DNA of 64,000 nucleotides from Terriglobia bacterium (GCA_963664115.2 CAXWPJ010000012.1:288001-352000); one strand, 5' to 3'. Positions 54,180-63,561 are shown, counted from the stretch's first letter. Notes: generated by a model from the sequence alone, not told the origin. Translations and numbers: made by a program.

Positions 54180-54305
54180 CGACCATGGATCTATCTGAGC
54201 CTCGAAGGCTATCGCTGTTTCAGGTCGTGCGAGGGGGGATAGAGATTTAAAAGTGTCCTCTGGACGTATCCAGGGACCACATCTTGTGCAGATCCTCACC
54301 CTCGA
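54180..54305 (-). ncRNA. Putative bridge/seek RNA of IS110 element 2
   Basis: Loops carrying donor matches (GATCTAT, ATCGC) and target matches (GATTTA, CATCTTGT). Confidence 0.65.
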
Positions 54306-54370
54306 TCCTCAGTTGTTCCGACTCCGTCTAACGACTCAGTACGGCTCTACCGGTCACGGATCGAAACGGC

Positions 54371-55435
54371 TTATGTTGTCATCCAGCTCAGTTTCTTTGG
54401 ATCGAACGATTCTCCTTTCTTCCAAAGCGTCAGCACCAGTGCGGCGATCTTACGGGCCAGAGTGACCCGCGCCATTTCCTCCCGCATCCCACGCATCTGG
54501 AGACTCTCCAGATAAATCCGATACGGCTCGCTTTGTTTTCCCGATGCCGCGGCTGAGAAGAACACCGACTTCAATCGCCGGTTGCAGTTCGCATTCAATC
54601 CGCGTGTGGCCACCGGTTTCCTCCGTCGCACCACACGTCCACTCTGCATCTCATACTCCGCGCTCATGTGGGTCACCACACCCAGGCCACTGTAGCTCCA
54701 GAACTGCGGTGTCGTGCGGAATCGGTACGGCGTGTCCACGATGGCGACGATCTGTGCCGCCCGAACCGGTCCCAGTTGTGGAATGGTCTCGAGCAGTTTC
54801 ACCGCCTCATGGTGCCGGCCCTCCACTCGCACCGCTTTTCTGGATTGTTTCCGCAGCAACTGGACCTGGTCCAGTTCCGCATACAACCATCGGGCGCGCT
54901 GCCTCATCCCCGGCTCGGTCAGCTTCTCCAACCACTGTTCGCGCTGACTCGGCCGATAGACTCCGTCCTTCGGTGTCGGGATCCCCCGTCCCCGGTATAT
55001 CGCTTTGATCCGCGACATCACCCGTTGCGTGTCCAACTGGAACGTGTCATAGGCCTGCACCAGTTGCTTCAATTCTCGCGTCGCTTCATGGCCGTGATAC
55101 ACCGAGCGCAACAGTCCCACCCGCAACAGCTCGGCCAGCTTCCGCGCATCCGGCTTATCCCCCTTCGACCCTTCTTGCATCCACTTGTTCTGTCGCGGAT
55201 CGCACACCACCACCTCGCTCACCCACGGCCGGATCACTTCCGATAACCAGCCCGCTTGCGTGGTCTCCTCCAACCCCACGTGCATCGGCCCACTCAATCC
55301 CTCCAGCAGCCGTGTGATACTCCCCGCCTCGGTTTCCACGATCGTTTCAAACACCAGTTTGCCGCTCCCGTCTCTCACCGCAACCACCGTCGTTGCCTGG
55401 TGCACATCCATACCCATATACTTGTCTTGTTTCAT
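54371..55435 (-). CDS. IS110 DEDD recombinase/transposase
   Basis: GMDVHQ, LEET, KGDKPDA, IPQLGP and YSGLG...S motifs. Confidence 0.9.
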   Translation of the reverse strand: MKQDKYMGMDVHQATTVVAVRDGSGKLVFETIVETEAGSITRLLEGLSGPMHVGLEETTQAGWLSEVIRPWVSEVVVCDPRQNKWMQEGSKGDKPDARKLAELLRVGLLRSVYHGHEATRELKQLVQAYDTFQLDTQRVMSRIKAIYRGRGIPTPKDGVYRPSQREQWLEKLTEPGMRQRARWLYAELDQVQLLRKQSRKAVRVEGRHHEAVKLLETIPQLGPVRAAQIVAIVDTPYRFRTTPQFWSYSGLGVVTHMSAEYEMQSGRVVRRRKPVATRGLNANCNRRLKSVFFSAAASGKQSEPYRIYLESLQMRGMREEMARVTLARKIAALVLTLWKKGESFDPKKLSWMTT

Positions 55436-55574
55436 CTCGAACGCTCCTTTTCTGGGATCAACGCTGTATACGTTGATCAGGTTGTTGAGTGAGTCTTCTC
55501 TCAACAACCCCCAGTCTAGGGGCGTCCTTTCATACTGCGATTTATCGGGATCTGAGAATCAATTTCACTGCTAT

Positions 55575-55632
55575 CTACGGAACCGGCACCCGTTCCTTCA
55601 GTTCTTCAAACCAGTTCTGGCAGATGTCGATT
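55575..55632 (-). pseudogene. Ser/Thr kinase 3'-end remnant
   Basis: IDICQNWFEELKERVPVP*. Confidence 0.7.
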
Positions 55633-55661
55633 GTTGGGGAGAAGGGGCGAACACTTACTCC

Positions 55662-55751
55662 CTCATTCGATCCTCCTTCAGATCGTTCCAATCAGCAAAG
55701 TGTCTCTCAGTTTTTCAGCGGTTTCTGTCCGAAATGCTCTGACGGGCTACA
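55662..55751 (-). mobile_element. Isolated end of an IS related to 48235-49700
   Basis: Aligns with 49611-49700 and ends GAAATGCTCTGACGGGCTACA. Confidence 0.8.
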
Positions 55752-55828
55752 ATCCGCAAGCAATACTTTGCGGGGCATGTTTTAATGTCGGTCGAGGTTT
55801 CCAGAGAATGTTGATTCGGAGGTAGGAC

Positions 55829-56776
55829 ATGTATCAAACGCTGCTGATGGTGTCGCTGTTGTCCTTGGGTCTGCAGGAGTCGGACGAGGCGCAGCAGTAT
55901 CGACAGGACTATGCTCAGTACGAAGACATAGTGGCCATGACCGACACGGTCGAGCGTGCCACGGCGTTTATGGACTTCGTGGATCAGGGCTTCGACGATC
56001 GGCTCATCGGGGTGGTTGCTGTCGGCATCCAGACTGCCCTGGAGGAACTGTCCGGAGATGTTCTATATCCGCTGGGGGACCGCTGGGATGCGCAGACCGG
56101 TGCCATGACCGGCGCCGTCAGATCTCTCCAGAGTGCCGCAGGTGCCGGGGACCACGCGAACATCGTCAAGTACGGTGAAATCGTCTACGCTGCGAATCCG
56201 ATCACTGAAATCGCAGAAATCCTGGCAGGCAGCAACAGCGCCCTGGGAAACAATGACAAGTATCTGGAGTATGCCAACGTCGTCATCGAGGACAAGGGCG
56301 TCGCCGAAAGCTTTGATTTTGCCTATAACATCTTTCAGCAGGAACGGTCGACAGAGAATTGGGACGCGGCGGCCGGATGGGCAAACCGGCTGAAGGCCCT
56401 GAGTGCCGCGCCGCCCGGAGTGTCCGTCGCCGACTGGAGGAATATGGGGATCGAGTTCCAGAGGTCGATTGCCCGGGCGGAATTCGAAGGAGGGCGATAC
56501 CCGAACGCCATTACTCAATACCGGATGCTAGCCGATATGGACCGTTCGCTGCGCGCGATCTCGAATATCTATATGGGCCGCAGCCACATTGCGATCGGCG
56601 GACCCGACCAGGTGAATCAGGCGCTGGCCCGGTTCGCCGACGCTGCCGTGGTCAATGATCCGAATGTTTCAGACGCGGCGATGACGATGGTCGAGGAGAT
56701 CTACACAACGAACACAGGGACCCTTGAGAGAATTGACGAGAACGTCCTGGATGCCGCACGGGAGCGCATGCGATAG
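55829..56776 (+). CDS. Exported helical (TPR-like) hypothetical protein
   Basis: GGAGG RBS, short signal peptide, alanine-rich helices; hairpin after the stop. Confidence 0.7.
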   Translation: MYQTLLMVSLLSLGLQESDEAQQYRQDYAQYEDIVAMTDTVERATAFMDFVDQGFDDRLIGVVAVGIQTALEELSGDVLYPLGDRWDAQTGAMTGAVRSLQSAAGAGDHANIVKYGEIVYAANPITEIAEILAGSNSALGNNDKYLEYANVVIEDKGVAESFDFAYNIFQQERSTENWDAAAGWANRLKALSAAPPGVSVADWRNMGIEFQRSIARAEFEGGRYPNAITQYRMLADMDRSLRAISNIYMGRSHIAIGGPDQVNQALARFADAAVVNDPNVSDAAMTMVEEIYTTNTGTLERIDENVLDAARERMR

Positions 56777-57020
56777 GCAACCGGGAACTCTCACGGGAAT
56801 CGAAAAAGGGCGGCCCCTTGGCCGCACTTTGTTGTGCCTGCGCTCTGTCGGCACGGTACTGTCATCTTGAGCCCATAACCGCCAGACTTGCGGCGTGAAA
56901 TCCGCCCGCCCCCTCGATCACGGATACCGCTATCCACGGGAAATCATCGGTCACGCAGTCTGGCTCTACCACAGAGGTACTGTCAAGTTAAGCTGAATCC
57001 GTCCGTTTCGGCGACGGAAT

Positions 57021-57296
57021 TTGCTGAAGTCGAGGTCAAGAGTCAATGACTTACAGGTGGTAGAGGTCGGCGAGAACGCCACCAAACAGCTTAAGTTGAC
57101 AGTACCCGCCCGCGGCATCACGATCACGTCGAATTCACCCATTGAGATAAGCGGAGCCGATATTACTTTGACCGGTCCAACGATCAAACTGAAATCAGAT
57201 TTGGTGCAGGTGAGCGGGATGCTGAAGGCACTCAGCGTGACCACCGGTAGCGTCATAGCCCAGAGCTACACAAACGGTGCGGGCAACATCTGGTAG
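57021..57296 (+). pseudogene. C-terminal fragment resembling a baseplate-V/VgrG spike protein
   Basis: Beta-rich tail ending SVIAQSYTNGAGNIW*. Confidence 0.45.
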
Positions 57297-57357
57297 CCCG
57301 GGAGGCGCCGCGGGCTAGTCTGCAGGCGATGAGCAGGAGCCTTCAGCCGGTGTCGCA

Positions 57358-57870
57358 TTAGCGGGGCACAGGACCCTCTGCAGGTAGCGATTCGTCGCCG
57401 AAGGCCGCCCTTCCCCCAACCGAATCGCAGTGCATCCCCGCAGCAGGCGTTTGACCCATAGGACATTTGTACAGACCTGATTCGCCCCGGTCTCCGCCGC
57501 GCCTGCCCGTCCGCAGGGGATGGATACCCATGCTGAAAACGGTGCCCTGTGGGAAGGTCTCTTCCGAGATGTTTTCCCGACGCGCCTGCGCGGCGCTTTC
57601 CATCTGAACCACCCAGACCGCAGGCTCGCCATCCTCACCCCGAAGCAAGCCATCCCGCTGTTCGTTCAAGGGGACAAAATGCATTTCGAAGTGGGCGGCG
57701 TTGGGGACGATGCGGACCATCACCCCGGTAAACACCCGGTACACGGTTGCATCATACATGGCGTAGGAATGATGCGCATCCGCCTGCGGCGCCCAGAAAC
57801 CCACGGCCAGGATCCCGACAACGAGCGCGATCGTCCATACTGCTGCAATGTTAACATTGCTCGTACGCAT
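57358..57870 (-). CDS. DUF6152-like exported protein
   Basis: Signal peptide then AHHSYAMYD; GGAGG RBS. Confidence 0.7.
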   Translation of the reverse strand: MRTSNVNIAAVWTIALVVGILAVGFWAPQADAHHSYAMYDATVYRVFTGVMVRIVPNAAHFEMHFVPLNEQRDGLLRGEDGEPAVWVVQMESAAQARRENISEETFPQGTVFSMGIHPLRTGRRGGDRGESGLYKCPMGQTPAAGMHCDSVGGRAAFGDESLPAEGPVPR

Positions 57871-57900
57871 TACCTTACCTCCGCCGAACTTAACTTAGTA

Positions 57901-59208
57901 TTAATTGAAACCAAGGTCCAGCTCCTCTTGGGGTCGCTGCATACCTTCCTCAAAATACAGTTCCCAGGATTCGGCCCACGGACGGCTCCCCATGTCCCGC
58001 ACCCGGAACTGGATGACCTCTCCCGGCGCAATCGGCGTGGCGCGCCCTTCGATCGGATACATCGGGCGGATACATTCTATGTTCGAAAACCGCCCCGACT
58101 CGCTCAAGGAGCGCTGATAGCTTCGGTGCCACAGAAGCCGCACCGGTTCGACCAGAGCCTGTGAGTCGTAGATGATCGCTTCCCAGTCGAGTCCGATCAG
58201 GTTGCCCGACGCATCGTTCACCGGGGTGAAAATTTCGACCGTCTCCAACGCATCGCTCCACTCCCAGCTCGAGTGCTGGTTCCAGCCCTGCACGTTCGAC
58301 GTCATGGTGATCAGCGCATCGCCATCCCAGAAACCGATTGTGTCGCCATACCATTGTGGCGGACCCGGAGCCAGGGGGAACTCACCATTGAGCATGACCG
58401 TCCGTTTCATCGTGTTGCCGATCATCAACACGACTTCTGGAGTAATCACAAAGCGTCCGGCTGCTGTTCCACCCGTCGCCCACTGCCTCATGAACCCTTC
58501 CGGAAAGCAGTAGGAGGCGGACCACTGATGGGCTCCGTCGACACCCTCATGATAGATCTGCTGGACCATGCGCTGTTGATGCTCCGGAGTCAGCAGCGAA
58601 AGGATCGTCGGCATCTGGTTGGCCCGCATGTAGTTCCACACAGCGCGGCGCGTGCCATCGCCTCCATAAGCGCCGTCCCACTTGGGCATGGTCTCGTAGG
58701 TGTGCTGGGTCGGCCCGCCACGGGATTCGGTATCCGCCAGCAGTGCAGCGTAGTGTTCCTCGGCGCTGTCGAAAGAATAGGGGCTGACGATGTTCTCACG
58801 GGGCCAGTCATCATCACAGTTGCCCCACCGGGCCGACGTCGGCTCATTGGCACCGATGCGCGGGTCGGAAGTGGCCACCCCGGCACCGCCGCTACGCATA
58901 TCCGCCATCATTCTGGGGGCGTTGCAGCGCCAGTAGCGCTGATCCATCCACAGGTCGCGGTCCTGGTAGAAATCCGTCGTAGTGAACACGTCCACGGGCA
59001 GTGCCTCGACACCATCCGGCGGCCGGGCATCAAACTCCGGACCTGCACCATAAGAGGTAACGGCCACCGGCGGGTAGGTGAGGGAAACAGCAAGCGGCGC
59101 GCCCCTCAGGCCATCAAGCTCCGGTGGGTTGTACTGGGCGGTGGCCACCCCGGCAAAGGTCACGAGCGATAAGATCATCGCTCCTACCGCATTGCGGACT
59201 GCGTTCAT
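57901..59208 (-). CDS. Exported hypothetical protein (GHSxG-related family)
   Basis: Signal peptide; CFPEGFMR and WYGDTIGFWDGDALI. Confidence 0.75.
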   Translation of the reverse strand: MNAVRNAVGAMILSLVTFAGVATAQYNPPELDGLRGAPLAVSLTYPPVAVTSYGAGPEFDARPPDGVEALPVDVFTTTDFYQDRDLWMDQRYWRCNAPRMMADMRSGGAGVATSDPRIGANEPTSARWGNCDDDWPRENIVSPYSFDSAEEHYAALLADTESRGGPTQHTYETMPKWDGAYGGDGTRRAVWNYMRANQMPTILSLLTPEHQQRMVQQIYHEGVDGAHQWSASYCFPEGFMRQWATGGTAAGRFVITPEVVLMIGNTMKRTVMLNGEFPLAPGPPQWYGDTIGFWDGDALITMTSNVQGWNQHSSWEWSDALETVEIFTPVNDASGNLIGLDWEAIIYDSQALVEPVRLLWHRSYQRSLSESGRFSNIECIRPMYPIEGRATPIAPGEVIQFRVRDMGSRPWAESWELYFEEGMQRPQEELDLGFN

Positions 59209-59405
59209 TTGCTTCCTCCTCGACTATCTCTGCTAGGGCAACCATGATTGCCACAACAATGAAACGGTGGTCCCCGGTAGCGATATTAAACCACAGGACG
59301 GATCGAACCGGCCAGAATTGTCCCTGTGGAAATACGTGAAAACGATTCATTGAAAGGGAGTTACTGCGGGTCCGGCAAATCCGACCGATCAATCTTCCCT
59401 TAACG

Positions 59406-60032
59406 CTACCCGGGTGGCTCGCCTTCCTCGGACGGTGGCCCGAACAGAGGGTCAAGACCGCCTCCCTCACCGCCTTCGTTTGATGGAAACGGGAACAGCT
59501 CCTCGAGGTTGATGTCCGGGTCCAGCCGCACCTCGGTGGTCGATGTCGTGTAGCCGATCCAGCGGCCCATGAAGATGATTCCGACCCACAACAGGAGTGA
59601 GAAGGCCGCAGCGGCTTTCGCCGCTCGCGGCGTGGTGGTCGCCGCGCTCCAATCTCCGGACCTCTTGCCTGTGGTCAGCTCGAACACGAGCATGTTGATT
59701 CCCGCAAGCGCAAGCAGCAGCACCTTGGTCCGGAAGAAGAAGTTTCCGTAATACACTGTGGCGTTAGTGGTGAACATCAAGGTCCCGGTGATAACCGTCA
59801 GTATGAAAGCCCCCCAGAGCCACTTCAGGATGTCGGACTTGATGAGGGTAAACGGCCGGTTGCGGGACGCAATCCCAAGCAGACGGAAATCAAGGATCGT
59901 AGCCGTTCCGAAGACTATTGCCAGACCAAGGACATGGCAAGACTCGATGAGCGGAAACAGATACGAAGAGTCCCGGATACCCACAGCAATACTCGATGAT
60001 TGCACGGATGTCAGAAAGCTAGCGATGTCCAT
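59406..60032 (-). CDS. DUF6644-like four-helix membrane protein
   Basis: IESCHVLGL, DFRLLG, TGTLMF and GRWIGY. Confidence 0.7.
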   Translation of the reverse strand: MDIASFLTSVQSSSIAVGIRDSSYLFPLIESCHVLGLAIVFGTATILDFRLLGIASRNRPFTLIKSDILKWLWGAFILTVITGTLMFTTNATVYYGNFFFRTKVLLLALAGINMLVFELTTGKRSGDWSAATTTPRAAKAAAAFSLLLWVGIIFMGRWIGYTTSTTEVRLDPDINLEELFPFPSNEGGEGGGLDPLFGPPSEEGEPPG

Positions 60033-60063
60033 ACTTCCGATCCAGTTGAGATAACGACTCAGT

Positions 60064-60585
60064 TTACGCCGTTGACCCGAACAACAGCCCCCACACAAAG
60101 TCGTAGCCAATCATGCGCCCCATGAAGATGATCCCCACCCAGACGCACAGGTTCAGGACCGCGAGCAGTTTGACACCCACGCGGTTCACCAGGGTCTGCT
60201 CCCAATCTCGCTCGTTCTTGCCAAGGCTGATCAGGAATGCCGCCGCGATCACCGTGGCCACAGCCACAAGGAACATCTTGAGCCAGAATGAGATGGCGAG
60301 CAGCTGGCGCGGAGGCTCGCCGATGACCATCAGAAGGCCGGTCAAGAGCAGGGCCGCCCCGGAACATAGCAGCCAGGGGACGAACCGGTCTGTGGTTTCG
60401 CGGAGCGTTTGATCGCGTCCCGCCAATCCCAGGACACGCAGGTCGATCATCAGCACGGCCCCAACCGAGACGCCGATGGCGACGAGATGAACAGACTGAA
60501 TCGTCGGAATGACCCACGCGCTGTGCGTTTGAATCAGAACGCTGGGTGACGTCCGATAGAGCCAGTCGGCGAATTGTTGGATCAC
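60064..60585 (-). CDS. DUF6644-like four-helix membrane protein (tandem paralog)
   Basis: IQSVHLVAI, DLRVLG, FWLKM and GRMIGY. Confidence 0.7.
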   Translation of the reverse strand: MIQQFADWLYRTSPSVLIQTHSAWVIPTIQSVHLVAIGVSVGAVLMIDLRVLGLAGRDQTLRETTDRFVPWLLCSGAALLLTGLLMVIGEPPRQLLAISFWLKMFLVAVATVIAAAFLISLGKNERDWEQTLVNRVGVKLLAVLNLCVWVGIIFMGRMIGYDFVWGLLFGSTA

Positions 60586-60833
60586 GTCAGTCGTCCTTAA
60601 AAAATTCTCGGGCGCCTAAATGTTTCATGCCTGAACGCCGCGCGGTATTATACGTTGATCGCCGCCATAAGTTCAGCTTGTCGACGCTTCAGCTCAACCA
60701 GGGCCAGCAGGCTCAACCTTGGCTCGTCATGCTATTGTGGGCCACTGCACTCGAGCGTGATCGACTACCATTTACCGGCTGTGCATGGATCCGGTCACCA
60801 CCGAAGAAAACAGGTTTGTGAAGGAGGTACGTT

Positions 60834-62018
60834 ATGAACCACAGATGTTTATTGGATCGTTATCCATTCTTGTTCATTGGTACGCTCGCATTGACGCTGG
60901 CGCTCGGTTGCGCGCCCACTGGCCCGGAAGTCCAACCCGATGACACCAACGACCGAACGGATGCGGGGGCAGAGGTCTTTGACACCAACGATTACAGAAT
61001 TCGCCTTGTCACCGTCACTGAGGGACTGACGCATCCCTATAGCTTTCAGTTCCTGCCCGACGGCAGCATGCTGGTGACCGAGATGGGTGGCCAACTCAGG
61101 GTCATCCGTGACGGCGCACTCGACCCCCTGCCCGTTGCTGGCGTTCCCGACGTGTATGCCAACCCTCCGTCTCACGGGTTGATGGACCTCGCCCTGCATC
61201 CTGACTTCGCGGAAAACGGTGTGCTCTATATGAGCTACAACACGATGGGTGCGCAGGGTGTCACCGAGGCGGTGGCCCGGGGAACTTTCGATGGAACGGA
61301 GTTGACCGGCATGACCGAGATTTTTGAGGCCGAAGCGTGGGCGATGACCAACGGGCGGCAGAACGCACGGCTCGCGTTCGCTCCTGACGGCACCCTCCAT
61401 ATGTCGGCCAGTGTCGGGGGCGACATCAGTGCCGCCCAGGACATGGAAACCCACAAAGGCAAGACCGTACGCTTGCTCGACGACGGCAGCGTGCCGGACG
61501 ACAATCCATTTGCGGACCTCCCCGGAGCACGTCCGGAGATCTTCACGACCGGGCACCAGAACGTTCATGGGATGGCGGCGCATCCGGAAACGGGAGAGAT
61601 CTGGGCAATCTCGCACGGTGACGAGATCAATATTCTCGCCCCGGGTAGCAACTACGGTTGGCCCTACACCAACTCGGGCGGGGGGACAAGCCAGGCATAC
61701 CTGCCGATGCCCGACGGTGTGGATCTGACCGCGGCATTCGTCGGGTTCGACCCTCAAATCCGTGTTTCCGGAATTGCCTTCTATACGGGTGACGGATTCC
61801 CTTCATGGCGGAACAACGTTTTTGTGGGGAGCATGAACGATCAGCATATCCGTCGCGTCGGGTACGACGACAACGGCCGGACAGTCCAGGAAGACCTGTT
61901 CATTTTGCCCGGCGAGCAGGTTCGCGACCTGAGAATGGGTCCGGATGGGATGCTCTACTACACCGTATTTGTGGACGACGGTCCCGGACGCCTCAGACGG
62001 ATCGAATCGGCGGAATAG
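60834..62018 (+). CDS. PQQ-dependent soluble sugar dehydrogenase (YliI/GSDH family) lipoprotein
   Basis: Lipobox ALGC; LALHPDF, VPDDNPF, NYGWP and GPDGMLY motifs. Confidence 0.85.
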   Translation: MNHRCLLDRYPFLFIGTLALTLALGCAPTGPEVQPDDTNDRTDAGAEVFDTNDYRIRLVTVTEGLTHPYSFQFLPDGSMLVTEMGGQLRVIRDGALDPLPVAGVPDVYANPPSHGLMDLALHPDFAENGVLYMSYNTMGAQGVTEAVARGTFDGTELTGMTEIFEAEAWAMTNGRQNARLAFAPDGTLHMSASVGGDISAAQDMETHKGKTVRLLDDGSVPDDNPFADLPGARPEIFTTGHQNVHGMAAHPETGEIWAISHGDEINILAPGSNYGWPYTNSGGGTSQAYLPMPDGVDLTAAFVGFDPQIRVSGIAFYTGDGFPSWRNNVFVGSMNDQHIRRVGYDDNGRTVQEDLFILPGEQVRDLRMGPDGMLYYTVFVDDGPGRLRRIESAE

Positions 62019-62210
62019 CATCGATTGAGAGAAAGTGCGAGAAAGCAGAGGTGGGCGTTGATGTTCTGGCGGCAGCTATGATCAAGGCGCGCCACTGGCG
62101 CACCGGTCATCATTTACACCGACTACACCGACTACACCGACCTGTAGCGCGGGTCGGCTCAAAAACGGAAATGGCGTCGCTCGGTCGCGACGCCATCTCG
62201 GGTCAGCCAA

Positions 62211-62606
62211 TCAGTTTCCGCGCGTGTCCCGTGTGTAGCCGCTCTGGACGATCTCCGTGCCATCTTCTCTCCAGGCACCACCGAGCACCGCATAAGGCGC
62301 GCCCGATGTTGCCACCCGCGCCTCGAACCGTATGACGTCTCCCGGCCTGAAAGTGTTTCGAGTGAAACCCGCGGCCATCATCGAGGTGACGGACGAATAT
62401 TCACCCCTCCAGGTGACAAGTTCTCCATCCTCAGCCTTCACGTCAAACACGACTTGGGCGTGCGGATTTCTCCAGACGAAGTCGGTGACGGTTCCCACCA
62501 GCGTCACATCTTCCTCGCTATAAGCGGAACGGGCATGGTGCGCCACGGCCACGCCACCAAGTAGGGAGAACACGGCCACAACAACCAATATTCGCCGAAT
62601 ATCCAA
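62211..62606 (-). CDS. DUF6152-like exported protein
   Basis: AGGAGG RBS plus TTG start; AHH and WRNPH. Confidence 0.75.
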   Translation of the reverse strand: MDIRRILVVVAVFSLLGGVAVAHHARSAYSEEDVTLVGTVTDFVWRNPHAQVVFDVKAEDGELVTWRGEYSSVTSMMAAGFTRNTFRPGDVIRFEARVATSGAPYAVLGGAWREDGTEIVQSGYTRDTRGN

Positions 62607-62694
62607 GAGCCACCTCCTTGAACAAGAACCTTTTAGTCTATAAGCACAAAACTCTGTCCGATTCTTGCATTGAAGCCCCTGACTGTCAACAGCC

Positions 62695-63561
62695 TCATCG
62701 AACTTCATCGCGCGAGTTAAATTCGTCCAGCTCGGTCGCCACGCACATACTCTCCCATATCTCCGTTTCGGGAACCAGCCGGATCGTGGCAGTCTCGGTC
62801 ACCCAAGGCTCGGTATACACCAGTGGATCGATTATCGTCAGCTCGGCTTCCAGCGTGCCGTAGGTCGTACGCGTGTAGCGTTCGATGACTCGCATCTGGT
62901 CGCTGTGGGGCAGGCCGCCGCCAGCGATGTCGCCCTCGGCGGCGGTTCTGTCGATCCAGGACCGCTCGTCATATCCGTTCGACTCGATCACCAAGGTGTC
63001 GCCCTCCCAGTGAGCGACGTTCCATCCCAGCCAATTCAACACCGGAGCTTCCTCGGGAAGTTCCCGGCCGTCGGTCCAAATGGTGCGCCAGGTGTGCTCC
63101 AATTCGAGGAACTGGACGACCTTGCCGGGGAGCATCGCGAACTCGAACCCGTAGTTGTATGTATACATCCGCGGCCAGCCCAGTGGATTGCAGTCCAGGA
63201 GCCCGTAGTCCTTCTCCGAACCGCGCCCGTAGAGCCAATCCCCGTTCTGGCTTTTTAGTTCGGCCTGCGTCTCCGCGTGCAGCTCCCGTCCGTACTCTGT
63301 CAGAGGCGGCGGGTTTCTGAACGCATTGCTGACACCGTCATATCCCCATACTCCCGACAGATCATGCCTGTCGTAGTCCGTAATCTCGTCAATGTTGTTA
63401 CGTGCCCAGGCTGCGGTTCTGTCCGCGTTGTTCTGGCACCGCGGGCAATCATTCCAGCCCTCCGGGGTTTGAGCCCGGGCAAGACCGTCCTGGGCCAGCG
63501 CGAGGGACAGTCCGAGCACCGATGCCACGACCACTGCCGCGATAAAGATTCGATTCCGCAT
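62695..63561 (-). CDS. Exported hypothetical protein (paralog of 40833-41726)
   Basis: MRNRIF signal peptide; CPRCQNN, DLSGVW, CNPLGWPR and HWEGDTLVIE. Confidence 0.8.
   Translation of the reverse strand: MRNRIFIAAVVVASVLGLSLALAQDGLARAQTPEGWNDCPRCQNNADRTAAWARNNIDEITDYDRHDLSGVWGYDGVSNAFRNPPPLTEYGRELHAETQAELKSQNGDWLYGRGSEKDYGLLDCNPLGWPRMYTYNYGFEFAMLPGKVVQFLELEHTWRTIWTDGRELPEEAPVLNWLGWNVAHWEGDTLVIESNGYDERSWIDRTAAEGDIAGGGLPHSDQMRVIERYTRTTYGTLEAELTIIDPLVYTEPWVTETATIRLVPETEIWESMCVATELDEFNSRDEVR

Larger units (their letters stand above)
54001..55538 (-). mobile_element. Second IS110-family (IS1111-type) element inserted in palindrome P6
   Basis: Sub-terminal IRs TATGAAAGG (54002) / CCTTTCATA (55526); GAT core at both junctions; outward TTGACA; flanks restore the palindrome. 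Confidence 0.88.

Noticed and set aside
53768-54465. Plus-strand ORFs 53768-54250 and 54253-54465
   Set aside because: They cross the kinase leader, palindrome and IS110 non-coding end; no coding signal
40370-55567. Canonical integron attC array
   Set aside because: No RYYYAAC...GTTRRRY pair, mixed orientations and no intI; retained only as attC-like
62115-62141. TACACCGAC x3
   Set aside because: Short repeat between convergent genes, most simply explained by slippage
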